Shown piece by piece: positions 26,690 to 38,770 of a DNA stretch of 64,000 nt. Source of the stretch: Chiloscyllium plagiosum (taxonomy: Eukaryota). Below the pieces are notes generated by a model. It made no database searches, was not told the DNA's origin, and saw nothing but the letters and a program-made list of their open reading frames with translations. Position numbers and translations under genes: made by a program. The stretch spans positions 17,234,341 through 17,298,340 of the forward strand of contig NC_057750.1 of NCBI RefSeq assembly GCF_004010195.1, read 5' to 3'. Positions within the stretch are counted from its first letter, which is position 1. Every line of letters begins with the position of its first letter.

Positions 26690-27910
26690 TGAATGGCTTC
26701 CCTCTGCACCCCACAGGCGGGTGATTCTGAGCTGAAGGCACGTTGTCAGGGGACAGACAGCTTGTCTCGAACGCCCTCCCCCCCCACTTTTGTTTTTGTT
26801 TTGCTGACCTTATCGAGTTCCCGGGCCAGTGTCACCGTGTACCGAGAGGGGCTGCCTCTCGGCCTCCAGTGCCCACCCGTGAGAGCACAGGGGAGGAGTT
26901 ACATGATGTCAGCTGAGAGGAGTTTCTCCACACAATGTCAGCCCCCAGTCTCCATCTCAGCAGCAGCGGGAAGGCAGAGCAGTGAGGAACTGCAGACACA
27001 CCAGTGAGTACAGGACCGGCTTATTCTGCATACCCGTGCGCTGGGCTGCTTTGCTATCTAACTCCCTTCTCTTTCAATTTTATTTTTTGTTATTTAACCT
27101 ATTTTTTTTCTAGTCAACCTGTTCAGAGGTATTATAACACCCCTGTGGGAGTTGAACCTGTTTGTCCTAATGCTGCATGGTTGTGATTACTCCGGTTTGA
27201 CTGGGTCTGATTGCTGTGGGTTGGTTAAATGAGTAATTTTGCCCTTTCAGTGCGTCCCGGCCTTCAGACGCAAGTCGAGTTATCTAATATTTATTTGTGA
27301 TTCTCTGTTGGACGTCCGTAGCACAAATCAGATCACTGTTCCAGCCCTTAATCTACCCCCCCCCCCATCCTCTTCTCCCCATCATCCTCTCCCCATCATC
27401 CTCTCCCCCCATCCTCTTATCCCCCTCCCTCTTATCCCCCTGGAACTTGTACAAACGTCTGGTGTCAGTTTGTTGGGGAAACGTGTGGTTTGGTGTTGTG
27501 TGTGTCTGGGGTTGTTTAGGATTTGAACCTGCAGCTTTGTGTCAGTGTCTGTATTCCCAGGCTCGATGCCCGGGGCGCCCGGAGTGGGGGGGGGGGGGGG
27601 GGGTGAACAGAGCTGGTGGTGCAGTGCGTTGGTGCGATGTTCCGGAGATGCTTTGGGATGGGGTGGGATGGAGTGGGAGGGGCGGGGTGTCTCGGCTGTC
27701 ACTCAGGATTCGCCTGCATCAGGAGCCGGGGGTGGGGGGTGTAGGCGGGAGGGCGCAGTGACGGCCCACCGCAAACGGCAGACTGCTCCTTTCTGAGTCG
27801 CAATCCTAATGAGCTGTTTGTTATGTCTCAGCAAAACACCAAGCCGAGACTGAGAATAAACACAAGCTCCCGCCAGCCCCATTCTGTTTGCACCTCTCCA
27901 GAAGGTGAGG
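26690..27910 (+). promoter_or_regulatory. Putative SNAP25 promoter/5' regulatory region
   Basis: Local rise in CpG and GC content, CRE-like TGATGTCA at 26904-26911, GC box GGGGCGGGG near 27678-27686, and C-rich and G-rich tracts, all about 1.6-2.8 kb upstream of the start codon. Confidence 0.55.
26880..27003 (+). other. SNAP25: Probable non-coding first exon of SNAP25 (5' end uncertain)
   Basis: Unique, relatively GC/CpG-rich sequence ending in the donor CCA|GTGAGT at 27004. Vertebrate SNAP25 has a non-coding exon 1. Confidence 0.55.
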
Positions 27911-29505
27911 ATGACTCTGGGTCGGGGCTCTCGGCTGAACAGCCACTTTCTGACGCCTGATCATGGGACTGGGCTGGGGGAGACTCCACTGTGGGACAGG
28001 TTTCAGCTCTCTCTGAAAAACACTCACGCTCACACATGTCACCACTGAATATATCCTTCCTAATCAACTTAGCACACCTCTGGAACAGGTGGGAGTTGAA
28101 CTCAGGTTCCTGGGTAGCGGGCACTACCACTGCGCCACATGAGCATCCAGGAGTCACTGGGAGCCCAGCCTGTATGGTGCAGACCGCTCTCCCGGACAAG
28201 GTCACGTTTATCTCCGAGGTGATGCGCAATAAAACAACAGACCCTCTGCATTTGTATGGTGCCTTTCACTATACTCCAAACCTATACGCCAGTGGAAACA
28301 CAACTGCCAATTTATACACAGCAATGTCCCAGCATTGATCAGGGTCACCTCATTTTGCCACGTTGAGGGATATCGTAAATATTGACCAGGCCACTCGGCA
28401 GCTCGCCATTTGCTGTTGTTTACCATAGAGGACAACGGGGACCTTTCTGAATCATCCTGTGAGGGCACATGGGGACACAAATAGCACCTCATGTATTCCC
28501 TAGGTACAGCACTGGCGTGTAAACCTGAATTAAATGGAGTGGGACTTCCCAACTAACATAGCCATTGGCTGACACTTAACCACAGGGCACGAGTATGACA
28601 GGATCATGGCACAAGCCTTTGTAGACCTGAGATAGATCACAATGAACTGAATATTTCACACTATCATACAGAAACAAGAAATACTGAGCCCGAAGGTGCA
28701 GGGGGAAGGGTGGGAATGCAAAGACACTATTCTAAATAACGGCAGGAATTCTTTTTGGTGTCCTGGCTGATATTAATATCTTAACTAACTCCAGTGAGTA
28801 ATCCCAATTATTTGGATATCCTCTCCTTGCTGTTTGTGGGAGTTTGCTGTACATTACATTGGCTGCTGTGTTTGCTCCATTACAACAGTGCCCACATTTC
28901 AGAAATATTTGATTGGCTGTAAAACACTTGGGTTGTCTTGAGGGGCTATCTGAATATCGTTTGAGTATATACCATAACCATTGGCCCCTCCAACCTGGGT
29001 CAACATTCATTAAGATCATGGCTGCTCTGATGACTCCTCAGTTCCACCTACCCTCGAGAACCTTTCACTGCTCCTCTTACTTATCAAGAATCACTCCACC
29101 TCTGCCTTAAAAAAGACTGTTCCTCAGAAGGTGGTGAAAGCAGAGTCGCAAACACTCTGACCTTCTGTGAGAAAATAATTGTCCACTTCTCAGTCTTAAC
29201 TGGGTGATCCTTTACTTTGAAATGCTGTCTTTCTTGATGTAGATCTAAGACCAGGTGAGTGGACCTCAACCTCCAACATTATAAGGGGGTGGGAGAGAGT
29301 GCGGGTGGGGGGGGTGAAGGGGAAGTGTGAAGGGAATGGTTCACTTCAGAGCCTCTAGTTCCTGTGACCATGCTTCTTGTTGGCTGTCCTGTTCAAAACA
29401 TAATAAAATGTCGTAACATGTTCTGCTCTTTGCTTTTCAACCCTTCCTGAAAGGTCACTGTCCTGTCTCATTGCCATCACCTGACTGTCCACAACAGGAA
29501 TCACC

Positions 29506-29589
29506 ATGGAGAACAACCTGGAAAACAATATGGAGCCTAAGTCGGAGCAGGATGAGATGCAGCGATGCGCTGACCAGATCACGGATGAG
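29506..29589 (+). CDS. SNAP25: SNAP-25 (Torpedo-type N-terminus), first coding exon (exon 2)
   Basis: Kozak ATCACCATGG at 29506. Translation MENNLENNMEPKSEQDEMQRCADQITDE resembles human SNAP25 EMQRRADQLADE and, from memory, Torpedo SNAP-25 MENSVENSMDPRSEQEEMQRCADQITDE. Phase-0 donor GAG|GTGAGT at 29590 sits where the vertebrate SNAP25 exon 2/3 junction lies. The likely acceptor follows a pyrimidine tract (exon start 29454; alternative 29498). Confidence 0.95.
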
Positions 29590-30388
29590 GTGAGTGATGA
29601 TCCACGGAGAAGGGACGTAGAGGTATCAGAGCCTGCCAAACCAGACAGGAACCTATTGAATGTTAGCGGAATCAAAATGAAGCAAAGCAACACTTGTGAC
29701 CATTATAATTTGCATGATGCAGTAGGAGATTAAGGTGGATATAGAAATACAAAGAAGAGCTGAAAAGGAAGCCTAAAGACAGAGAGTGATTGAGAATGAG
29801 TTGGCAGTTCACATAAAAGGGATCTTAAAAGTCTCAAACAAACATTGAACTATATTGTAGAGTGTGAGTAGAATAATAAGGCTGATTGGAGACTGAAGGG
29901 GCATCCTGTGACAGCAAAATGCAGTCAGTCTGTTATCTTTGCTAGCAATGAGGCCTCCACGCAATTAACAGAAAGGGATGTGGGATAAGCTAAAACAGGA
30001 TGAAGTGTAAGGGAACATGTAGTTCTCCAAGGAGATAAGGATGGGAAGAATCCCAGAACCCATGGGAAAGTACGGAAAATAATGGCAGCTCCGATGCTGT
30101 TTGGAAATTCTCCTCAATATGGAGGTGATGCCAGAAAAAAAAGACCTGTATTTTTATAGCACCTTCCCCAACCACGGGAGGTCTTAAATGGCTTTACAGC
30201 TAATTAAGTACTTTTAAAATGTGGTCACTGTACACTCCTGGCATTACAGATCGTCCATGTACAGCTAGCTTCCCACCCAAACAGCAAGTGTGCAAATGAC
30301 CAGATCATCTGTTTTCATGTTAAAATAAAATATTGCGGATGCTGGAGATCTGAAATAAAAACAAAAACTGCTGGAAAAAGTCAGCAGA

Positions 30389-30666
30389 TTAGATTACTTA
30401 CAGCGTGGAAACAGGCCCTTCAGCCCAACAAGTCCACACCGACCCACCGAAGCACAACCCACGCCCCTACACCTAACACTACGGGCAATTTAGCATGGCC
30501 AATTCACCTAACCTGCACGTGTTTGAACTATGGGAGGAAACCGGAGCAAACCCACGCAGACACGGGGAGAACGTGCAAACTCCACACAGTCAGTCGCCTG
30601 AGGCGGGAATTGAACCCAGGTCTCTGGCGCTGTGAGGCAGCAGTGCTAACCACTGTGCCACCGTGC
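30389..30666 (-). mobile_element. HE1-type tRNA-derived SINE, inserted in a family B hairpin (about 30320-30755)
   Basis: Minus-strand A box TGGCACAGTGG and B box GGTTCAATTCC, plus the GGGCCTGTTTCCAC...AATCTAA tail. Confidence 0.88.
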
Positions 30667-31089
30667 AGATCTGGCAGCATCTGTTTCAAAAAGAGTTATA
30701 TTGGATTTGAACCATTGACTCCGTTTCTGTCTCCACAAAATGCTGCCAGATCTGGTCGTGTTGATGTTGATTTGGGGATCAACATTGGCCAGGATACTGG
30801 GGAGAGTTCCCTTGCTCTCCTTCAAAATAACGCCATGGAATCTTTTCCACTCACCTGGGCAGGCACAAGGGCCTGACAGGGGGTGGGAGGGCTGTTATGT
30901 CCGATGAGAGATATGGAGGTCTCCTGACGAGAGGAAAGAGGGGAATGAGGAGAGGAGGTGACTTCAGCTCAAGATATTGGAGGGATGTGAGGAATCTGGG
31001 GAAGGTATATTTTGGGGTGTGTGGTAAGTTGGAGTGGGGGCCCGAGTATAATAATTACCCAGGAGTTACACTAGGACTTAGCTATCTGA

Positions 31090-31545
31090 GAAAAAACAAA
31101 GAACTGTGTACGCTGGAAATTAGAAACAAGAGAGAAATTGCTGGAAAAACTCAGCAGGTCTGGCAGCATCTGTGGAGAGAAAGCTAAGTTAATGTTTCGG
31201 GTCCAGTGACCCTTTTATTTATCTGATTTTTATTGGATAACTACTAACTGCACTCGAACCTTCCGAATGCTCTGATTTAAATGGATACTTTTGAACAGGG
31301 TAACTGACCAATGTTCAATTTCCCTTGGAGTTTGTGGCATTAGGGATTCCACAGCATCCTGATGTATGACAGAAATTGCTAGAGAAACTCAGTAAGTCTG
31401 TGTAGAAAAAACAGACTCAGTGTTTCTGATGAAGGATCATTATCCCAAAACTTTGACTGCGTTCTCTCTACAGATGCTGCCAGACCTGCTGAGCTTCTCC
31501 AGCAATTTCCATTTTCGTTTCCGATTTCCAGCATCCAATGTTCTT
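31090..31545. mobile_element. Family B Penelope-derived fold-back element
   Basis: Inverted arms CTCAGCAGGTCTGGCAGCATCTGT / ACAGATGCTGCCAGACCTGCTGAG. Single arms also occur at about 36500-36600 and 44410-44510. Confidence 0.7.
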
Positions 31546-31869
31546 GGTTTTACCCTGATGAACAACTCCTGTCAACACGGCTATCTAACCATAGTCTTGT
31601 GACTCAGAGGCAACTAACTGTGCCTCAACTGACACAGCAAAATAATCAGAGGGTTTCGATGGTTGCTGTCCAGTTCAAACAAGGAGAGAGAGTGAAAACC
31701 CCAGCAACCACAAACCACTCACAAAGTCAGGAAGCATCCTGCAGAGAGAGAGAAAAGTGCAGCCAACTTTTCAGATTCTGACCTGTCATTTGTATTGATG
31801 AAATGTTTGCAAATAATAATCAAGGATCATGTTTGGCATTTGGAGAAGTGCAGCCTAATAAATGAAAAG

Positions 31870-32210
31870 AATCGTAGAATTCCTGCAATGTGGATGGAGG
31901 CCATTTGGCCCATCAAGTCCACATCGAGCCTCCGAAGAGCATCCCACCCTATACCTGTAATCATGTATTTCCAATGGCTAATCCACATAACCTGCACACC
32001 CGGGGCACTATGGGTAATTCGGCATGGCCAATCCACCTCACCTGCACATCTTTGGACTCTGGGCAGAAACCTGAGCACCTGGAGGAAAACCAGGCAGACA
32101 CAGGGAGAATGTGCACATTCCACACGGACAGTTGCCCAAGTGTGGAATTGAACCCAGATCCCTTTTGCTGTCACTGTGAGGCAGTAATGCTAAACACTGA
32201 GCCACTAGGC
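31870..32210 (-). mobile_element. HE1-type SINE
   Basis: tRNA head (TGGCTCAGTGTTTAGCA, GGTTCAATTCC) and GCATGGCCAATCCACCT core. Confidence 0.8.
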
Positions 32211-32710
32211 CCCTCCTCCCCAAATACATTCCAGAAGCTTGACACCACCCAGGACAAACTGGCCACAGGATTTGCACCACATTCACAAACAACCACTCCC
32301 TCCGGTATCAACGCTCAGTAGCTTCAGTGTATACTATCTCCAAGTGCACTGCAGTTAATCCTTTGATAGCTTCTTGCAAAACCAGGATCTCTACCACCTA
32401 GAAGGACAGGGTAGCAGCCTCATGGCAACACTGCCTTTGGCAGATTCCTATCTGAGCCACTCACCATCCTGACTTGGAAATACATTGCCATCTCTTCACT
32501 ATTGCTTGGTCAAAATCTCAGAATTCCCTCCCTGAGGGCATTGTAGGTATATCCACAGTACATGGACTGCTGTGGTTTAATAAGGCAGCCTCTACCCTCT
32601 ACCAGGGGTATCTAGGGGTGGGCTATAAATGCTGAGTAAACCATGACACCCACATCCCACAGGCAAGTAAAAATAAAGTTACATGCCGACTTGGATATAC
32701 AGAATACCAT

Positions 32711-33293
32711 TGTTGTGGTTGTGTTCGCCGAGCTGGGAATTTGTGTTGCAGACGTTTCGTCCCCTGTCTAGGTGACATCCTCAGTGCTTGGGAGCCTCCT
32801 GTGAAGCGCTTCTGTGATCTTTCCTCCGTCATTTGTAGTGGTTTGAATCTGCCGCTTCCGGTTGTCAGATCCAGCTGTCCGCTGCAGTGGCCGGTATATT
32901 GGGTCCAGGTCGATGTGCTTATTGATTGAATCGGTGGATGAGTGCCATGCCTCTAGGAATTCCCTGGCTGTTCTCTGTTTGGCTTGTCCTATAATAGTAG
33001 TGTTGTCCTAGTCGAATTCGTGTTGCTTGTCCACAGATTCAATCAATAAGCACATCGACCTGGACCCAATATACCGACCACTGCAGCGGACAGCTGGAAC
33101 TGACAACCGGAAGAGGCAGATACAAACCACTACAAATGCCGGAGGAAAGATCACAGAAGCGCTTCACAGGAGGCTCCCAAGCACTGAGGATGTTACCTAG
33201 ACAAGGGACAAAATGTCTGCAACACAAATTCCCAGCTCGGCGAACACAACCTCAACAACGAGCAACCGAGCTACAAATCTTCTCACAAACTTT
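32711..33293. mobile_element. Penelope-like element (family C), inverted pair of 3' ends
   Basis: The minus strand encodes a GIY-YIG C-terminus (HEFD*DNTTIIGQAKQRTAREFLEAWHS..SINKHIDLDPIY). Arms 32711-32938 and 33030-33257 are reverse complements. Confidence 0.88.
32748..32787 (-). ncRNA. Minimal type-I hammerhead ribozyme motif (Penelope-associated)
   Basis: The minus strand reads GCA CUGAGGA U GUCACCU AGAC AGGGGAC GAAA CGUC UGC: stem I GCA/UGC, 7-bp stem II with one mismatch, palindromic ACGU stem III and GUC triplet. Confidence 0.7.
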
Positions 33294-34542
33294 GGGAATA
33301 CTGTTTCATGAAAATCAGAAATAAAACAGTTAGGACAATATTAATGGAAAGTAGTCTAAATTCTGAATGCAGTCTGAGATTCTGTTGTTCTATCTATAGT
33401 ATCTAAAATGGTGATCAGTTCAGGATTCATAAGTGGAGTTCAAGCTCAGCCCTGATTACAAGGAGCATCAGTTTTAAAACTGGGACAAAGCAGATTAAGG
33501 TTTTCAGCTATCAGGCTATCCACTAAAGGGAAAGCTAAGGGGTGACCCAGAACAGGTCTTCAAACTTCAAAAGGCATTCACTTGGGTAGATGCAAGAGTA
33601 TGCAAAATGAGGCTCACAAATATGATGCAGTCACTCATAAATACAATCAGAAATTCAGCAAAATATCTTTACTCTGAAGGGTGAGGATGTGAAGCTTGTT
33701 ACTACAAGATAGATGCATTAAACATGAACATAGATGCATTAAGAGAAGTCAAATAGACATGAGAGAAAGGGATCAAAGGATGTGCTTCATGGGTGAGATG
33801 CAATTGGATGGATGATGGCATTTCAGTATAAAAGATAAAAGAACAGCAGAAATGAGTTGTATCGGATGGCCTTTTCGTATGCTGTTAATCACAAACAGAA
33901 TCTGATAAAAGTCAATTATTGAATAAACCTCTAGGCCAGATAGTGGTGATAAATTTACTGGCTATTGGATATTTTGACAGTTTGTGAGGTTAGAGGGCGG
34001 ATAGGTGTGATCAAAGTGGGAATGATATCCATATCTGAAAAACGTTCCTTCCCTCTTTTCTACGACCTTTCCCACTCTGTCCATTCCGTGTCTCATCCTA
34101 GTTATTTCAGAAACTACAGTTGCTATTGTTCTTTTTGGAACCTGTAGTCTCAATGTTAATATGACCATTTATCAGTCCCAGCATAACACTGGAGGATTGG
34201 GGCATATCAGAGCGTGGGGTATCACTTAGCTTCTTGAGAATTGCCAGAAAAGTATCAAATCCCCAGTAAATTTACTGAGTTTGAAATTATTTCATTTAGT
34301 TTTCCCTGCTATGAAATAGAAATGATTTAACGAAATCCAATCACCAAGTACAGTTCTATTATTTATCGGTTTATCTAGAGGAAGATAGTACTGTGATGGT
34401 AATCTCATGGGACCAGTAATCCAGAGGCCGGGGCAATACTCTGGAAACATGGGTTCAATCCCCTGTGGCAGTTAGTGCAATTTTAGTCCGAGTAATGTTG
34501 AAACTGTCATAGTTTGATGTTAAAAAATTGGTCACCAGTATC

Positions 34543-35605
34543 TCATAGAGTCATAGGGATGTACAGCATGGAAACAGACCCTTCGCTCCAACCTGCCCAT
34601 GCCGACCAGATATCCCAACCCAATCTAGTCCCACCTGCCAGCACCCGGCCCATATCCCTCCAAACCTTTCCTATTCATATACCTATCCAAATGCCTCTTA
34701 AATGTTGCAATTGTATCAGCTTCCACCACTTCCTCTGGCAGCTCATTCCATACACATACCACCCTCTGCGTGAAAAAGTTGCCCCTTAGGTCCCTTTTAT
34801 ATCTTTCCCCTCTCACCCTAAACCTATGCCCTCTAGTTCTGGACTCCCCGACCCCACGGAAAAGATTTTGCCTATTTATCCTATCCATGCCCCTCATAAT
34901 TTTGTAAACCTCTATAAGGTCACCCCTCGGCCTCCGACGCTCCAGGGAAAACAGCCCCAGCCTGTTCAGCCTCTCCCTATAGCTCAAATCCTCCAACCCT
35001 GGCAACATCCTTTGTTCAGCAACACCCCCTAGGACCTTACCATTAAGTGTATAAGTCCTGCTAAGATTTGCTTTCCCAAAATGCAGCATCTCGCATTTAT
35101 CTGAATTAAACTCCATCTGCCGATTCTCAGCCCACTGGCCCATCTGGTCCAGATCCTGTTGTAATCTGAGGTAATCTTTGCTGTCCACTATACCTCCAAT
35201 TTCGGTGTCATCTGCAAACTTACTAACTGTACTTCTTATGCTCGCATCCAAATCATTTACGTAAATGACAAAGAGTAGAGGGCCCAGCACCGATCCTTGT
35301 GGCACTCCACTGGTCACAGGCCTCCAGTCTGAAAAACAACCCTCCCCCTCCACCCTCTGTCTTCTACCTTAGAGCCAGTTCTGTATCCAAATGGCTAGTT
35401 CTCCCTGTATTCCATGAGATCTAACCTTGCTAATCAGTCTCCCATGGGGAACCTTGTCAAACGCCTTACTGAAGTCCATATAGATCACATCTACTGCTCT
35501 ACCCTCATCAATCCTCTTTGTTACTTCTTCAAAAAACTCAATCAAGTTTGTGAGACATGATTTTTCACGCACAAATCCATGTTGACTATTCCTAATCAGT
35601 CCTTC
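34543..35605 (-). mobile_element. HER1/CR1 LINE with internal deletion
   Basis: ORFs 35369-35572 and 34625-35353 contain YMDFSKAFDKVPH, SGVPQGSVLGP and SKFADDT. The jump AEQR|MLPGLED marks the deletion. Confidence 0.93.
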
Positions 35606-37099
35606 TGTTAGGGAAGTAGATATATTATCTGTGTCTGACCCATAGCAAAGTAGTTGATTCTTAACTGTCCATTGAAATGTCCTAACATTTAATTCAAGAG
35701 GAATTAGGGTTGGGCAACATATTGTGAAAGAATAGCAAAACTTGAATTCCTTGTCTTGCTTTCAACTCTTAGAACTTGCTGAATTTGTTTTGCTGGGAGG
35801 TAAGGAAATTAAGGGAAGTCTTGTATCCAACCAGGACTTGACAGTCAAAGAGTTTTGCCATATCGATTTTGTCTTATCGTTTACCAACCAGGATTTGACA
35901 GTCAAAGAGACAGTCAATATGTTAATACACAGCCATACAGATTGCAGATCAACTTGCAAGTGCTTCCAACACATGCAAATGGAAGGCAGTAAAAGGAGGA
36001 AAGATTCCTGGTCAGTCATGTAATAGAGAGAACATAGCTCCAGAGTACAACGTCAGGAGTGAGATAGAATACGCCCCAGTTGCCTGGGATGAGTACAGCT
36101 CCAAAAATACGTAAGCTCAACACTATCCAGGACAAACCTCTATAAGCATTCATTCCCTGTCTGTTGTCATGGCAACTTGGATTCCTTGAAAGAGCAGTTA
36201 CCTGGCCAGCTGGTGTGAATCAGTTCGAGTTGAGGTGGATTCAGGTATTGCCTCCTTGCCCTACCCCAGGTAGAGATTGTGGAGGCATACACAATCATCA
36301 CTTGCTGATGTAAAAGCACTGTCACCTTCCAGGGAACCCTTAACCTGTGTCACCCCAACTGGGCTCTCCATTTCTCTAACTTTGGCCGCCAATGACCCAG
36401 CCTTGGCCCCGTCATTACACGATGTGGTAGGTTGATGGTTATGCCAATATTCTAGTAAGTTGCTTGATGTAAGTTCAAATCCTTTCATGTCTAATTATGA
36501 AATAAAAACAGAGTGCTGGAGAAACTGAGCCGGTCTGGCAACATCTGTGGAGAGAAAAACTGTGTTAACATTTTGAAACTAATACAATTCTTCTTTGAAA
36601 CTGACTTGTTTCAGCAAGGTGTGGGCTCAAATCTCACTCTTCACAGGTTCACTGTCATTCCAGTGTTGTACAGAGAGAGTGCTGCACTGTTGGAGATGTT
36701 ACCTTCCAGAGGAATTAAACTTCAGCCCTCTCAGGTCTCCCTGTAAAAGATCCCTTGCCTCTATGTCAAAGAACAGCAGAGGAGTTATCTCTGGATGTCC
36801 TGGCTAAAATATCTCAATCCATATGACAAAAACAAATTCGCTGGTCTTGGCAAATTGCTTCTTTTTTTGGAGCTTGCTGTATACAAATTATTGCTGTTTC
36901 CTGCATCGTTACAGTGACTGCATTTCAAAATGAAGCCAGTTCATTGGCTGCGGTGTGCTTTCTGACAACCTCAGTTTCTGAAAGCTGCCATATTTTGATT
37001 CGTTCCCTGTGTCAGTCTGCCTTTTTAGCCTCTCTGTTTTACTCTAAGACTGAACTTAAAATCTCTCTTTTGGAACAAAAGTTTGATAATCTGAGGCAT

Positions 37100-38770
37100 T
37101 TGGAGGGTTGATCAGTAAGTTACATGGGCAGATGATACGAAAATTGGTGGGGTGGTGAAAAGAGAGAAGGATGAAATTTGGTAATGGGAGGATGTAGGCA
37201 GGTTGGCTAAATGCACTGATCAGTGTAAATGGAATTGAATCCAGTTTCAGCCATCTTCAGCTGCTTCATCAATTACCTTCCCTTCATCATCAGGCTAGAA
37301 ATGGCGATGTTCACCAATGTTGTGCAATGGTCAGCACAGTTCATAATTCCTCTGATACAGATGCCGTCAATATTTATATGTAGCAAGACCTGAACAATAT
37401 CCAGGCTTGGGCTGACAAGCAGCAAGTAACATTTGTGCCAACAAATGCCAGGTAATGACCATCTCCAATAAGAGGCAATCTAACGATTGCTTCTTGACGT
37501 TCAATGATGTTACCATCACTGAATTCCCACTATCAATATCCTGAGGGTTACTATTGACCTGAAACTAAACTGGGCTCACCATATAGTTACAGCAGCTACC
37601 AAGAGCAGGTTAGAGGCAAGGAACCCTGCACCAAATAATTCACCACCTGCCCCACCAAAGACTGTCCATCACCCACAAAGCACAAGTCAGGAGTGAGTAC
37701 GCCCCAGTTGCCTGGGATGAGTACAGCTCCAAAAATACTTAAGCTCAACACTATCCAGGACAAACCGCTATAAACATTCATTCCCTGTACCACTGACACT
37801 CAGTAGCAGTAGAATGTGCTAGTTATAAGATGCACAAAAAATCACCATATATCCTTAGTCAGGACCTTCCAAACCTACTTCCATTTAGAAGGACAAGGTC
37901 AGTGAATACATAGGAAAACCATCACCTGCAAGTTCCCCTCCAAGTCACTCACCATTCTGACTTTGAAATGTATTCCCTTTCCATCACTGTTGCTGAGTCG
38001 AAATCCCAGAATTCCATCCCTAATGGCATGTGGTTCTCCCTCCAGCTGTGGATTGCAGCAGTTCAAGAAGGCAGCTTACCACCACCACCACCTCAATGGC
38101 AACTAGGGATGGGCAAACAAATCTAGCTGGCCAGGCAGCCTGCTCAGGTTGAACAGTGAGGTGATACACTTGGGAAGGACAGTTAAGACAAGGGGACACA
38201 TGCACTGAGAATCAGAGGCACCTTGGTGTGCATGTCCACTAATCCCTTAAGGTAGCAGGACAGGTAGATAGAGTGGATGAGAAGGCCTAGGGATACTTAC
38301 TTTTAATAGCTGAGGCATAGTGTGTAAGAACAGGGCGTTTGTCATAATTAATGAAACATTGGTTATTTTCCTTGTTTTCCTTGGAGCAGAGGAGACTGAA
38401 TTGGGTCTAGATTGAGATGTATACATTTCTGAGGGCATAGATATTGTAGAAAGGAAGACATATTTAGCCTTAGGGATCAATGACCAGAGGTCACAGGTTT
38501 ATGGTAAAGGCAGGAGCATTAGAGGATGAGGAAATTTTTTTTTGTTCAGATGGTGATGAGAATCTGGAAATGACTGCCTGAAAGGGTGGCAGAGAGAGAG
38601 AGAGAGAGATTCTTGTAACATTTAACAAATGTTTAGATGTGCACTTGTGATCCCAAGACATACATGACTATGGGCCAAGAGCTAGACTTGGGATTAGAAC
38701 AGTTAGGTGGTTGTTTCCGACTGACACAGACTTGATGGGCTGAAGGGCCTTATTCTGTGCTGTAACCCTC
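37100..38770 (+). mobile_element. Old CR1 fragment interrupted by a second CR1-like family piece (37245-38135)
   Basis: ADDTKIGG-like sequence near 37128 resumes near 38140. The middle piece matches the 20810-21845 family. Confidence 0.7.

Noticed and set aside
24500..29450. REST/RE1 site, expected from mammalian SNAP25
   Set aside because: Only half-site matches seen (e.g. GTGGTGCTG near 24591, TTCAGCACC inside a repeat near 25667). I saw no full 21-bp motif; a PWM scan is needed.
29590..29733. Read-through of the exon 2 ORF to 75 aa
   Set aside because: Similarity to SNAP-25 stops exactly at a consensus GTGAGT donor. The remainder is intron.
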